NCBI RefSeq assembly: GCF_009914755.1
Contig: NC_060930.1
Direction: 5' to 3' (one strand)
Source of the DNA: the human T2T-CHM13v2.0 reference genome, Homo sapiens
DNA length: 64,000 nt
Below are positions 26,285 to 44,529 of the stretch, one piece after another. The position numbers were made by a program, and so were the translations under genes. The notes beneath the pieces were generated by a model, which did no database searches, was not told where the DNA came from, and was given only the letters and a program-made list of their open reading frames with translations. Every line of letters begins with the position of its first letter. Within the stretch, counting starts at the first letter, position 1.

Positions 26285-27769
26285 TCTAAAGCTGTTTTTG
26301 AAAATTTTATATGTATACCCATTAAACTTTACCTAACTTTGGCCATGACAAAGAAAATTCCTTTTCTGAGAAGCTCCTATACTTTTCTGTGTTCATGTGT
26401 ATCCCTACTAGTGTAACTTCTCAAAATGCCAGAAATTCATTAATAGATATATACAGATTTTTACCACATAAAATAAGAGGCAAATTATATAAACTTAAAA
26501 TGATGTTTAGCAATTAACGTTCAGTATTCTGCTTTTCTCAGAAATGATCTAGGCAGCTACTGGATATCCATTCATTAACTCAATTTATTATTGGCCCAAG
26601 GTTTTAAGTTTCCTAAAGACTTTGCAAATTATCTTCAAGCTGACACATTGTATAACATAATTACTGCTGAAATAAAATTTGTCAAAATAAGTCTTCAAAT
26701 TACTTAAACACAAATTCGCATTTTTTCATCATTTTAAACATTTAGTAGAAGTGATGCTAGCTTCCTCAATTAGTAAATCTGTATAAGTTTAAAAAATATT
26801 TACAAATATAACAAAATCTGTGCTTATGCAATATTTAACACTGATAAATCAGAGAAAACTTAGCTGTATTTATTAAATCAAAATTATTAAGCTAGACTCA
26901 TTTGCCAAAAAAGTACCTAAATTACATAAAATTAGATTTCTAAATTATTTCTGAGTTAATATCTATAACAATACCTTTTTTAATCCCCACACTGAAAGTA
27001 TTAGAGGTTCAATTTTCTTAATTTCTTTCTCTTCATAAAGGGATATTCTTAATAAAGGAATATTTAGTCAATATAAATGCTTATTTATCTCTAAGCAAAT
27101 CAGACTAGAGATTCTTTAAGACATTTCCTAATCTAGCTTATTGATATTATCAGGAGATAGAAAAATATTATACACTCACACGATGAGAAGTAAAGGACTT
27201 TCTAAATACAGACATACTCACAGAGAAAGCTTATAATTTCATTTCTAAAATTTCAGTCAGATGTCAAATATAAACCAACAAATACAAAACCCGCCAGTCC
27301 AGATATTAACTTCCTGGTTGGCATAATATTCTTAATAGATTTGAACTAAAAATAGACAGACAGAGAGGAGATTCTAGCTAAATTCTGTCACCTTTCACTC
27401 AACAGAGACAATTACCTCTATAAACCATCAGTTGCTTAAAGAGATCATCAAATGTTCAGACCATGAAAATAAAAGTTGTCGCTAGAAATTGAGTAAGTGC
27501 TCAGGAAAAGTAACAATCAAATCTACTGTGCTACTGATGAACAAAAGTCACATGAGTTGGACTCACCTTTGGGTCCCCGAATCTGTAGTCCGGAACACAG
27601 AGGGCTCCAGCTGCCTAGATACCCCTGTGGAATAACAGAGCTCTGAAGTGAGGCCCAAGCTATTCAAGTTATTGCACCCAACAGAGGGAGTCCTTGTAAG
27701 GAGAATGGGGTAAGAAAGGGAGCCTGGTCAGCACAAATGTATCAGGAAAGTGGCTCAAGTGCAGTAAAA

Positions 27770-27930
27770 TGACTAAGAGTATGGTCATTGTATTCAGATA
27801 TACCTGGATTCAAATCATGGCTCCACTGCTTATAAGCCCCTTGGGAAGCTATTTTACCTTCCCAAGTCTCCATCTATTCATCTATAATATGGAGATAATA
27901 ATACCTACCACACAGTGTGATTGTAGATTA
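27770..27930 (+). mobile_element. MIR fragment
   Basis: cctggattcaaatcatggctccact...catctataatatggagataataatacctacc. Confidence 0.75.
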
Positions 27931-27999
27931 CCATTCCATATGAAACTCTGGAGACCGGCCCTTTATTCATCACACAAACCCTTCACCATATGACCCTAA

Positions 28000-28395
<396 letters not shown>

Positions 28396-28562
28396 TAACC
28401 TAGAAAAATTGATAAAATGAAGATTCCCAGGTCACAAACCCCAGAAATTAAGACCTAGTAAATGATAGAACCTAGAAATCTTTGTTTTAGCAAGAACCCA
28501 GGTGGTTCAGACATAGGTGTTTTTTAGATTATGTTTAATTTTAAAAATATACCACGTGAGCA

Positions 28563-28842
28563 GCCGGGCGCAGTGGCGCATGCCTGTAATCCCAGCATTT
28601 TGGGAGGCCGAGGTGGGCAGATCACGAGGTCAGGAGATAGAGATCATTCTGGCCAACATGGTGAAACCCCGTCTCTACTAAAAATACAAAAATTAGCTGG
28701 GCGTGGTGGCGCACACCTGTAGTCTCAGCTACTCAGGAGGCTGAGGCAGGAGAATCGCTTGAACCCGGGAGGTGGAGGTTGCAGAGCTGAGATCACGCTA
28801 CTGTTCTCCAGCCTGGTGCCAGAATGAGACTCCATCTCAAAT
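28563..28842 (+). mobile_element. AluSc-like
   Basis: gatcacgaggtcaggagat diagnostic. The tail runs into a TA/CA repeat. Confidence 0.92.
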
Positions 28843-29040
28843 GTATATATACACACGTATATATACATATAAGTGTATATATATGTATATATGTGTATAT
28901 ATACATATATTACATATATAACATAACACATATATTACCTCTATAACATACATATTACATATATATTACATAGATGTTACATATATTATATATACACGTA
29001 TACATATATCTATATATACACGTATATATAGATATATATA
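28843..29040. repeat. Degenerate (TA)n/(TACA)n low-complexity repeat
   Basis: Direct reading. Confidence 0.93.
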
Positions 29041-29929
29041 AAATGTTAGCTATTCCTCACCCTGGCTGTGAACTTTCGTTTCTCTCCACCCAGGCTTTTG
29101 AAATGCCACTTTCTCATAGAAGAATGGCTTTTCTTCAAGGTTCTGCTGGTGAGCTGTTTTTTAAATGTGTTCTCTTCTGTGAGGCTTTCCTGGACTTCTC
29201 AAGGCAAAAAGGCTTTGTGGTCTCTCCTCTGGTATTTGTTAACAAGTCTGATTCCCCACTTGACAGAGAGCTCTTGTAGGGGAGGCACGGCATCTTTTTT
29301 TTATCTCTGTGTTCTCAGCATCCAGAGAAGGCACGCTTTGAATGTCTGTTAATTGAGATGACAATCCCAACCCCATATTGCAAGGAGAATGATTGGAATC
29401 TCTCCCATACTTGGCTTTAAAGTCATCTACAAGCCTGAACTGAGAGTCTTAGAGACTTTCAGGCCAGAAGGTACTAAGAGGTTTGTCAAGTCACAGACTG
29501 AAGAAAATATTTGCAATACATATATCTGATAAAAGACTGGGCATCTCTCTGGAATATCAGTTTCTAAGAAATGGTGCTAACACATCCTTATAATAAATCA
29601 GAAAAACGGTGCCTGGTAACTCAGGTTTCCACATGCAACTCCTTTCATTACTGGAAATAAAAATTGTTTTACTTTGACCAAAGTAGATGATGTCTTCCAG
29701 TATAAAAAAAAAAAAAACACTCCTCCCCAGCATCAACCTACCTCTGTTGTTTTTGTACATGAATATGTTATTAGCAGCAATGACAGACGGCTAACATCTG
29801 AGTCCAGCCACTTGACAATCATTCGAAGTCAGCAGGAACAGACGTGCTGAAATAAAAAAAGACGAGATGAAGTGCTCTACCTAGGGAACACCGCCTTGCA
29901 ATATATACGTGTCACTGACCTCTACTTAG

Positions 29930-30268
29930 GAATGTGAGTGCAAATTGTCCTCTGGCTATGGGCAACAACATAAGCCACGAAATGAAAGAGCTCCAAATAA
30001 ATTAAAATGATAAATTTAGCGATTTAGTGTGAACATAAAAAGCTTTACAACTTCACGAATTAAAAAAACAGTTTCAATGTTAGAAGTCAAGAGAGCAGCT
30101 CCCTTTAGGGGGTGGGGTGGTAGTGGGCAGAGGAGAGCCTGGGGGACTTCTGTCTTCTGTTTCTTGGTCTGGGTGCTGAGAACATAGGCGTGTTCACTTT
30201 GGAGGAATGCTCCAAGCTGCACATCAAGATATATGCTCTTTCCCGTATGTGTTATGTTTCAAAAAAGC
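29930..30268 (+). mobile_element. Old L1 (L1ME-like) 3' end
   Basis: tctgtttcttggtctgggtgctg..aggcgtgttcactttg..ccgtatgtgttatgtttcaaaaaag. Confidence 0.65.
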
Positions 30269-31524
30269 TTACCCCTTCCTCCTCTCAAAAAGCATTTTTT
30301 CCCTTTCATTTTTTTATTTCTTCTTCTTCTTCTCTCTCTCTCTTTTTTTTTAACTAGATACACGCTGAACAAACAAAATATGCAAAGAATAATAGTTTGA
30401 AGGGGTGCCAGCATGCTAGCGTGCCTCTGGAAGCGTACATGCCTTGGTCTGGACTGGGCATCAGATGTGCATTTTCACTTGATGTAATTCATTTCCTTGT
30501 TCCATGACCCAGCTTTCCTCTTTGGGGTAAAGGCCCGTCCAGCATTTTTCTTGGACAAGGTCTCCACCTTTGCTGCATCCAGGGAGACTCCTTCAGTGCC
30601 ACGGTCCTGCCTCAGGTTAGTTTCCTTGTACGTGTTGCCTGGCTTTGTCAGGTCTTAATGCCATCCTGAAGCTGGTAAAATGAGCCAAGTGACTTCATCT
30701 CTCATGGCACACCTTGAGGACATTACTTGGGCACAAGCCAATTCACTGCTCACAGCCCGAGAGACATTTTTTTCCCATGAGCTAGCTCCTCTCCTCCTCT
30801 CTCACAAATAACTTCCTCTATGGGAAAGGACACATCAGAGAACAAGGAGCATTGTAACGGGTGAGAAATATGCTTGACATGGGGAAGGAGATGCCGTCCT
30901 CACTCCCTCCTTCCCCACCCTCCCACACTCATCTGTCAACTCTAATTTCTCACTAATGCTTGGGTTTCACTCTAAGCTCCCTTTGCTTGCTCGTGCCCAC
31001 CAACAGAAATATCCAGGAAAAGAAAGAGCATCAGGAATGACTGGCCTGTGTGCAAGCAATTCCTTGTTGTTGCTGACTGCCTTCTGCAGCTTGGCGAATT
31101 TGACTCTTGGAATGCACGGACAGAAGTAGCATTTTTCTCTCCACCAGAAGTCTGACACTGACCATGTCAATGAGCGTCAATTGGCAGTACGTGTGTGTTG
31201 GTTGACCCTTTACATCAAGACCAAGCTAAGCATTTGCTTTCCTTTGGTCAATTCCACTGGTCCTTCCTTTTGGTCAATCCCATCGCTCTCTGACCCAGGG
31301 CCAGAGGAACATAGCATTTCTCCTAACTTGGACAATGTTGCAACACCAAAAAGGCTTGTACTGAAGTACGGAGGAGGTAGATGTGAAGAGTCATCCTTTT
31401 GTCAGATTGCAAAGGTGTTGCAGCCCATTAGTTTCAGGATGTTTTTATTTTGTTCCCTTCCAGTAAATGTTTTCAGAGATTTTGCCTCGGGTTTTTAAAG
31501 ATGTTTTATAAGTTATGGGTCTCT

Positions 31525-34230
<2,706 letters not shown>

Positions 34231-34239
34231 GCATATATA

Positions 34240-34420
34240 GGTGTGTGTGTGTGTATATATATACACACACATATATATATATATACATATATACATATAT
34301 ATACACATATATACATATATACATATATACATATATACACATATATATACATACATACCTATATATACATATGTGTGTATATATATACATATGTGTGTGT
34401 GTATATATATATATATATTT
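34240..34420. repeat. (TG)/(TA)/(TACA) compound microsatellite
   Basis: Direct reading. Confidence 0.95.
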
Positions 34421-34447
34421 ATAAGTTTAAAAGTTATTTCGAAAATA

Positions 34448-34811
34448 TAGGCTGAGTATCCCTTACCCAAAATGTTTGGGACCCAAGGTGGTTTGGAATT
34501 TGGACTTTTTTTGGATTTTGAATAGTTAGATAAATATAATAAGATATCTTGGGGATGGGACCCACGTCTAAACACAAAATGCATTTATATTTTATATATA
34601 CCTTACATACATAGCCTGAAGGTAATTTTACATAATATTTTAAATAATTTTGTGCATGAAACAAATTTTGATTGTGTTTTGACTATGACCTGTCACATGA
34701 GGTCAGGTGTGGAATTTTCTACTTGTGGTGTCCTGTTGGCACTCAAAATGTTTCAGGTTTTGGATCATTCTGGATCCAGAATGGATCCAGGTATAGGTTG
34801 GATTCCACCTA
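34448..34811 (+). mobile_element. Tigger4b (Zombi)-like TcMar MITE
   Basis: taggctgagtatcccttacccaaaatg...gacctgtcacatgaggtcaggtgtggaattttc, flanked by TA. The 3' end is rearranged. Confidence 0.85.
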
Positions 34812-35732
34812 TACCAACGTTTTTGCCATCTTAGGGTCTGGTTTTATTGACTTTTTTTTCTTTTTTGCTTGTTTGTCTTCTTGCTTTTTTGTGTTTGTTT
34901 TTAAATTTCAGATTGAACGCCAGACATTAGGTATTTTTTTAAAAAACAGTAGAGACTGAGACACCACTTATTTACCCTCAGAAAAGGGCATGCCTCATCT
35001 TCTGTCCAGTTATTCGTATAGGAGTTTGGCAGATGAAGTCTGTCGTTGAGGTGGGCCTGAACTTTGTTGTGGCTTTAGTTATGGTAATACAACCCAAATT
35101 TGAAATGAAACTACACTCTGATGCCTTTTATTTAGTATAAGCACTGGGTGCCAGAGAGCATCCCTCAGGTCTCCCACTATGACTACAGACTTCAGGAGAC
35201 CCTATGCCCCTGCACCTCAGGAGAGATCTCTCCCAGCATTCCTGCCCCTTGGCCAGTGGCCAACTGCTATTTCCTGGCACTTGGTGTAAAGCAGGGGCGT
35301 GGGAGGGTTTCTCTGAGTTCCCCTGATCCACGATTAGACTAAGGCAGCCCTTCTGCACCTGCAGCTCCTCAGCTCCTCTGCCCCTCCCCCAGATGTAGAC
35401 AAGGGCACCTCATGCTTAGCACACAGTTCTGAATGCTGGACCCATTTCCTTGGCTTTCCTGTTCCATCCTCAGTCTTAGACAGGCCCAGTGCCACTATGC
35501 TCAGGGAGGTCTCTCTCAGACCTCCTGACCCTTCCTGGTGTCAGGCTGCTCTGCCTAATAGGCAGTGTAAGTTCTGGAGCATAGCAAGATTACTTTTGGT
35601 TTTCCTGCTTTGTCTTCACTCTTAGGTTGATCATGTTAGCCTGCATTTCCCTGGATTTCTAACCCTTTTCCATATGTGGACTGTCACTTTCTGCCACTTA
35701 GTGTAAGGCCTGGAGGGTGAGAAAGTTTTCTC

Positions 35733-36618
35733 TCTTCTTCTGCCACTCCTGGTGCTGCCCATATTCTCATTCGGTGTGGACCTGGCACTTCTTTTGTGAA
35801 GCAGTAGTTAAGGAGACTTTAGAACTCACCATGGCCAAGGAAAGGCCCAAGGGTTTGTCAGTGAGACAGATCAGATTCCAATTGATGGGCAACCAATCAA
35901 TGAAACAGACACACCCTCACAGTTGGAAATGGAGGATGAAGATACAATTGATGTGCTCCAGCAGCACGCAGGAGGTGTCTACTGAAAGGGGCACCTGTCT
36001 CTTTCCTCCAGAATGCTGTTCTTACAGACCAGTATTAAATTCTCAGTCAGAAAACTGCAATTTGGTTTCACCACATCTTGACTAATAGACTAATACAGTA
36101 CAGTTTTCTCTATCCTTTCCTTTCCCTTTTCCTCATTCCTTTATAAAATCACATAAAGTAACTAATGTATTTGCACAAGAATATCACATTTTTAAACTTT
36201 CTTATTATATTCAGTGGCCAGTGGTATGTTTTAATTGACATCGAGTGGAGACAGGATGGGGGAAAACACTGATTCTGTGAAAATACCCCGTTTCTCCACT
36301 ACCGGCATGCTCATTCAGCTCTTATCTTTATATTCCAGTAAGTTATTTTGCTCTCACTGTTTTAACAACAACCACCACAACAGAAAAAACATAAAAATCT
36401 TTGCATACCTTGTTCAATTGAATAATTTTAATGATTTTGTATCTATTATTGTAAAACCAAGGACAATTTTATAACTTTTTTTGTACGTAGCTGTTACATG
36501 TAAGGCAATCTGTTTTTAAGTAGGGTTAAATTACTCTTAAAAAAAAAAAAGAATTCTAGACAGTTTTCTCTTCAAGTCAAGCATGTTGTTGTTTAAGCTT
36601 CTTGTTTAAAAATAAATT
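35733..36618 (+). pseudogene. SUMO2P12: SUMO2 processed pseudogene (probably SUMO2P12)
   Basis: ATG at 35831 gives MAKERPK|GLSVRQIRF, then after a 1-nt frameshift [33 protein letters not shown] (TGA 35983-35985). Intronless, long 3'UTR, A-rich end, 11-bp TSD aaagttttctc (35722-35732 and 36619-36629). The symbol number is from memory. Confidence 0.92.
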
Positions 36619-36703
36619 AAAGTTTTCTCGATTCCTCTGCTCTCTTTCTAGTGTAGGCAGCTGGCATACTGTGTTACAGTCTGTTCACCACTGGTTTCAA
36701 ATC

Positions 36704-36948
36704 TTTTTTTTTTTTTTGAGATGCAGTTTCACTCTTGTCACCCAGGCTGGAGTGCAATGGCGTGATCTTGGCTCACTGAAACCTCTGCCTCCTGGGTTCA
36801 AATGATTCTCCTGCCTCAGTCTCCCAAGTAGTTGGTATTACAGGCACCCGCCACCATGCCGGGCTAATATTTGTATTTTTAGTAGAGACGTGGTTTCACC
36901 ATGTTGGCCAGGCTGGTCTTGAACTCCTGACCTCAGGTGATCTGCCCA
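36704..36948 (-). mobile_element. AluS, 5'-truncated
   Basis: Antisense Alu ending at gatctgccca. Confidence 0.92.
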
Positions 36949-37620
36949 CAGACAGGATCAGGACTTTTCATTCAGCTGGGCTTGAGATCTAAATATCAAT
37001 GAGATCCCAGAGATCTCTTTATGGTTTAAAACTCGGCTTTCTGAACCTTGGTGTATCTCTCTCTCTGTGTTTGACCATCTGGCAGCTGGATTTTTATATT
37101 AGATTTTTCTCTTCAGTCACTCCTCTAGTTTTCTGGCTCTTGTGAGGTCTTTCTCCTTCCTTTTGTCCTGTCCCTAGACATTAGCACTTACTGCTTGCCC
37201 TTGGTGAAAGCCTAGTGTTCCTTGAAAAGACTCCTCTCTTGGTTCTTCTGCCCTTGTTCCAGCCTTCAGCAGGCCACTGCTGGTGAGGACTTGGAGTATC
37301 TCAGGGTACATTTCCTAGTTCTCCTGCCCTGCTTTCAGTGAAGTTCCTGAGTGCTTTATTGGGGTTTTATGAGCTCTTCTGCCCTGTCTCCAGCCTTTGG
37401 CTGCCTCTGCCTTGCACTTGTTGAAGGCGCCATGTATCTCATGGCAGATATCTTTCAGGTCTTCTGCTCTGCTCTCAGCCTTTTGTGTACTATCTCTGTG
37501 TACTCAGTAAAGGCCCATAAAAAAACAAGGAGAGGGGGTGCAAACTCAATTTGTGACTAGAGCCCCTTGAGACTCCAGTCCATCATTTCAACCAACCAAC
37601 GGGCATCAAAAGTTCATCAA

Positions 37621-37908
37621 GGACAGGCATGGTGGCTGGTGCTTGTAATCCCGGCACTTTGGGAGGCTGAGGTGGGTGTATCAGTTGAGCTCAGGGGTTT
37701 GAGACTAGCTTGGGCAACACGGCAAAACCCTGCCTCTACAAAACAAACAAATAAACATTGGTCTAATATGGTGGCACAGGCCAGTAGTCCTAGCTACTCA
37801 GGAGGTTGAGGTGGGAGGATCACTTGAGCCCAGGAGGTTGAGCCCTGATCATGCCACTGTATTCTAGCCTGGGTGACAGAGTGAGACCCTGTCTCAAAAA
37901 AAAAAAAA
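37621..37908 (+). mobile_element. AluJ
   Basis: Diverged sense Alu with poly-A tail. Confidence 0.92.
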
Positions 37909-38028
37909 TGTTCATTAACAGTTCAGCTGAATTCTCACTCCATCCACAGCAGATTCCTCCTTTCTCCACCTTCATTCGAGGTTCACAGTAGCTACGGTTT
38001 TCTCTCTGCTGAAATTCATTTCATTTAG

Positions 38029-38394
<366 letters not shown>

Positions 38395-38543
38395 TAAACT
38401 ATCATTATATAGCTTGTCTAGATGTATCTTGCTGTAAAGGTGGAAGTAATGGTTTCTTGCTACTTTTTATATCCTAATAAGAAGCAAGTGTCTAAAAGTG
38501 GTCTTAAAAATTATTAGGTAGCTGAAATTACACACTATTAATT

Positions 38544-38547
<4 letters not shown>

Positions 38548-38581
<34 letters not shown>
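38548..38581. repeat. (AC)17 microsatellite
   Basis: Direct reading. Confidence 0.95.
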
Positions 38582-38583
<2 letters not shown>

Positions 38584-38649
38584 CATTTCCTAATTTCTCT
38601 TTATTTTTTTTTCCTACTCAGTCATCCACAGCACTTTCTATTGTCCACC

Positions 38650-38866
38650 TGTAGTTCTCAATTGCTAATGATTTTTCTTTCCAGGGGACAGTTGGCAACA
38701 TCTGGAGACATTTTTTATTGTTACAGCTGGGGAGATGGTGCTATTGGAGTCCAGTGGTGTAGAGATCAGGGATGCTACTAAACATCGTATGGTAAGTAGG
38801 ACCGCTCTCAACAACAAAAAATTATCTGGTCCAAAATATCAATGGTTCTGAGGTTAAGAAACTCTG
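38650..38866 (+). mobile_element. MER20 (hAT) DNA transposon
   Basis: ccaggggacagttggcaacatctggagacatttt..agggatgctactaaacatc..gaggttaagaaactctg. Confidence 0.85.
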
Positions 38867-40170
38867 TTCTAAGGGAATATGAACAATCGCCTGTAGCAGA
38901 TACAGTCATTGTTTTTCCACCAATAAATTCTGGTGGCTACCAAGCAAATCAAAAAGCAATAGAAGAGAAAGGAATAATGTGTGTATTGTCTTTCTGATTT
39001 CAGGAAGGCAGTGTGTGGATCTTACACATTGTCACATCTCCTGTCACAGTGACTTGTCATGGTAAGGTCATTAATAAATGTTTACTGATTGAATACATGA
39101 ATGAAAGAGTGAGTGAATGATTCAGTGAATCAGTTGAAGATGCCACCTGCTCTCTGGCAGGCCTCATCTATGAAGCCTTTTCCTGAGCACTCCACTACTT
39201 GTCAAAAAACTAGAGCATTTGAAATATGTGCCACATGGTCCCATGAGTTAATATACTCATATTTTGCTCTTTGAAATTAACTAGTTGAAGTATCTCCTCA
39301 CTTAGTTTGGGTGTGCTTTCAAAACTATCCATTTGTTTCTACATTTGTTACTGGCCAGCTACCATGAGGCATATTGTTGAGCCCTGAGATAATATATTGA
39401 CTACAGCATGGACTTTGCCTTTGAAAAACTTCTTTCCTGGGGCATGCTTAAAAAAATGTGTATACCTTGAATTATTAAATACGGATCAATGTTTGTGATT
39501 ATGGTTATTCTGAAAGCATAGCCTTAAACACTGTTTGAAATTTGGAAAAGGAAAAAGATAGACAAGCAAGTCTGCTATAATCTTGATTAATAAATTTCGA
39601 TCATGTACTGAAACTCAGTATTTTTAATTTTACCAATTATCAACAGAAATGTATAGTTTCCAGAATCATTTTGGGGACAAGATGCAAATCTTAACAAACA
39701 ATTTACTCCGAAAGAAATGGACTATGAGTTAGGCTGATGTGAGTTGTTGGCTTTTATTTCTGCCCTAGTTATCTGATGCAGATATCCTAGTGGATGATTT
39801 ATTATGATGCTTGAGTCCTGAGGCTCTTACACTAAGGGTTGAATAATTAGTGAGGAAATGTTTTTCAAATATATTCTGATTCAGACAATTTAACTATGTG
39901 TGTCTTTGTGGGCATATATATTTGTGCTCTGAGTTGTATGAGAAAGTTCCAGCACTTTTCCCTTTTCTCTAAAAAGCTTTTTAGACAAATTAATATTGAA
40001 AACCACAAAAATGGATGAAATGTATTTTCTTCATCTTTTCACTAATCTTTCTAACATAGGATTATGTTAGAATAATCACCCCCCTTTTTTCTCCATCAGG
40101 TTTTTCCCCTGGCTTCATGAGATTTAGAACTCTTTCTTAAGATTACTATAGTGTTAAGAGTTCTGGTTGA

Positions 40171-40559
<389 letters not shown>

Positions 40560-42601
40560 CTAGCTTCATCTGCTACAGTGATGCTCCTCCTATTTGCCTC
40601 TGATTTAGGTTTCTGTGAGTGAGGTCCTCTTAGTGACCATATAAGTCAAAGAGGAAAAACTCGATATCCGGTGAAGTCAGTTTGTGCAAGTACAACAAAG
40701 TGAAGACACACAGTGCCTAGTGTCTGGTTTCTCTGGAGCTCAGGAACTAGGTGTGTCCCAGCTGTGACTCATGAACATGGCATTTGTTACGTTAACCTAA
40801 GGAGACTACAGACTTTATTTGCTGTCCTTGTAGCACCTTTTGTCAGCAGAAAACCCAGACTGGCAAACAGAACTGTATGATTCTGAGTTTGAAGGAGGCA
40901 ATCTCTAAATCAAAAGGCCAGAACCTATGTTCATCGTGGTGTACCTGCTCTGTTGTAAAACAAGGAGGAATAATTTTCTGTTTATTACTCATAAGACCTG
41001 GACTTAGGGATGCTGAGCTCATCAATAGAGAATGAAGCCCAAATCAATAATTATCTTCTATTGCAAAGTATTATTTCCTCCATACTGGTCTTTCTCTGGT
41101 GAAGGATTCAGTGAGTATTTGCGCTTTGAGCTGTTACTATATAATTATCACACAGATAAGGTCAGTAGGTAAAAGCTGAGCACTTCAAATAACTAACTGA
41201 GGCTTCATCTCTCTCCTTTGTGCCTCCAACAAAGGATGTGGTTAGGAAATACAGGGAAGGAACCCCTCCCCACAGGCTGGTAGGTTATCTCATTGCTTTG
41301 AGGGGGCCCTGCCTTCTGCTGCCTTCTTAGTTTGTATTACCCCTAGGGGCAAGGCCTCTAAAGTGAGTAGGTCTATCACTTTCTGGGTGGTAGGAGTCCT
41401 GCCAGCTCATGGTGGGAGACTCACAGATGAGGAGGGACCTTGTCAACACCCTGGGGGTGGAACAAGACCTCACTCATTAAGCCTTTGTTTCAGAAGCTAA
41501 GCATCTAATTAGGATTTTTCTGGTGGAATTACAAGCATTTCTTTTTTAAGTGGTTTAAGACAAAGGACTGGGAATGGGGTAACAATATGACAATTTTTAA
41601 ACATATAGTAGCTGCTGAGACTCAGAAGAGAGGAATAGACTCCCAGCAGGAAGAATTACTAAGCCCTGGATGTTAAGACTAAAGAAAATTGTGAGATTTT
41701 ATTCCCTGGCTGTCTTAAAAAATATGATGCGTCATTATTTCTCTGCCATTTGCAAAATAAAGCCAGCCTGAAGGAAACGCACAAGGGATGGTTTCTTCAT
41801 TCACTCAGAAGACACCTGCCGTGAGACAGGCAGTGTGCAAGATTGGTCTGGGGAATGCAAAGATAAATTGGATCCAGCCCTTACCCCTCACATGGCTTCT
41901 ATTCTACCTACCAGGGAATCCAGTGACCATTTATTGAGGTTCCTTGGTATTATTTAAAAAAATACGTGGTAATATCAACAAACCCGAATTTAATGCTTGG
42001 CATTATATATGTCAAGATGAAGCTAGACACAAGAGATCTGCTATGCTTTGCAATGTGCCTTTTTAAAGACCCATCTTACCGACAACATGAGATGAGTGCT
42101 GTCTGTGCTGCTGCCTCGTGGCTGCCCTCCACCCCCAATTCTCTATCAAAGAGATGTTGACAGGGAGATGATGACAGTAGAATATATAACAGCCAATCAA
42201 CACCTTTCATACAAAGCTCTGTAGCCAGATACCACAGTCAGAGGAACCTACCAAATTATGTATTTCATTCACTTTATGCTCAGCGCAATTAGACAAATTG
42301 CTATGGAAAGCATATATCCTGGAGTGACACCAAGAGCAACGTGTCCCAGGTGCCGAACAGAACATGGAGAGACAAGATCCCCAATCCCAAGAAGTTTCCA
42401 CTGTCCTTGGAACACTGATAACTCCCCCTGGAGAATACTGCAGGTGATTTAATTAACAAAACAAGAGGAGGCTCAATGAGTGGGGCAAACTATCCAAGGA
42501 TGAAGGGAAGAAGGAGAAAGGTGAGGGTTTATTACCATCTCAGTAAAGACCTATTGATAGTTAAAATTTCTATGCTGTACTTAGAAATGCTGAGTTCCTA
42601 G

Positions 42602-43231
42602 TGATACAGGAGCTAGAAAGAAACAATTTAGGCAGTTAGTGATGGAAAGAGAGTCCTCAGCAAAGCTTCCCTTTCAAAAAAAGCAGCCCCCAAATAATTT
42701 CTTTTCTAACAAAGAGCAGCCTGAAAAATCAAGCTGCAGACACAGATAAGCAAGCTAGAAGCTTGCACAGGTGAATGCCTGCAGCTGTGCCAATAGAAAA
42801 GGGCTACCTAGGAGCCAGGCATATCCAACATGGAGTCTTCATCTTCCCTTTCCTTTGTCACCACATGTGCAATAAGGGAATACACAACGTGGCACCAGCC
42901 ATGTAGAGAACACACTTGAATAATAAAAGATTAGCGTAGGATGGCCAGTTTCTTCACGTGCTATGTAAATGGAACACCTGGTCCAACCAATCTCTTGTGT
43001 GCTATGTAAGTCAGACACCACCTCCTCAAGCTCATCTATAAAACCAGCCGCATCTTGCTGTGAACCTGGAAACCCATCTGGGACCCCTTCCTCTGCACAA
43101 GGGAGCTTTCCTCTTTCTTTCACCTATAAACTTCCGCTCTTAAGCTCACTCCTTGTATGTCCACATCCTCGATTTCCTTGGTGTAAGATGATGGAGCTTG
43201 GGTATTTAGCTCAGACAATGCCGCCGCTTCA
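42602..43231 (+). mobile_element. Solo ERV1 LTR (MER50-like)
   Basis: TG..CA termini (tgatacaggagctagaaag..gccgcttca), CCAAT and TATAAAA (~43037) inside, 4-bp TSD ctag. Confidence 0.85.
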
Positions 43232-43567
43232 CTAGTTTGTGTGCAATTTTACAAAGCTCAGCTTAAAAAAAAAAAATTCAACTGATTAGACCCAACTCTA
43301 GGAATTGCAGTTCATCAGACAATAGTAAGATAAAGATTTCTGTCTGTTTGGTTCTATTCTACCAAGGTTGGTTAAGTGACAGATTCTGTGCCAATGCTGA
43401 AGGTATGGAAATAAATGCGATTGCCTATTTTAAGGAAGTTTAAGTCTATTGGAAAACATCATCATGAACAAACAGAATTACTAACAGACTAAAAGAGATA
43501 TATGCTAAATATAGGTGTGATGAGATAAAAATTTCAACCAGCAGAATTCTTTTTGGAAAAATACTTT

Positions 43568-44529
<962 letters not shown>

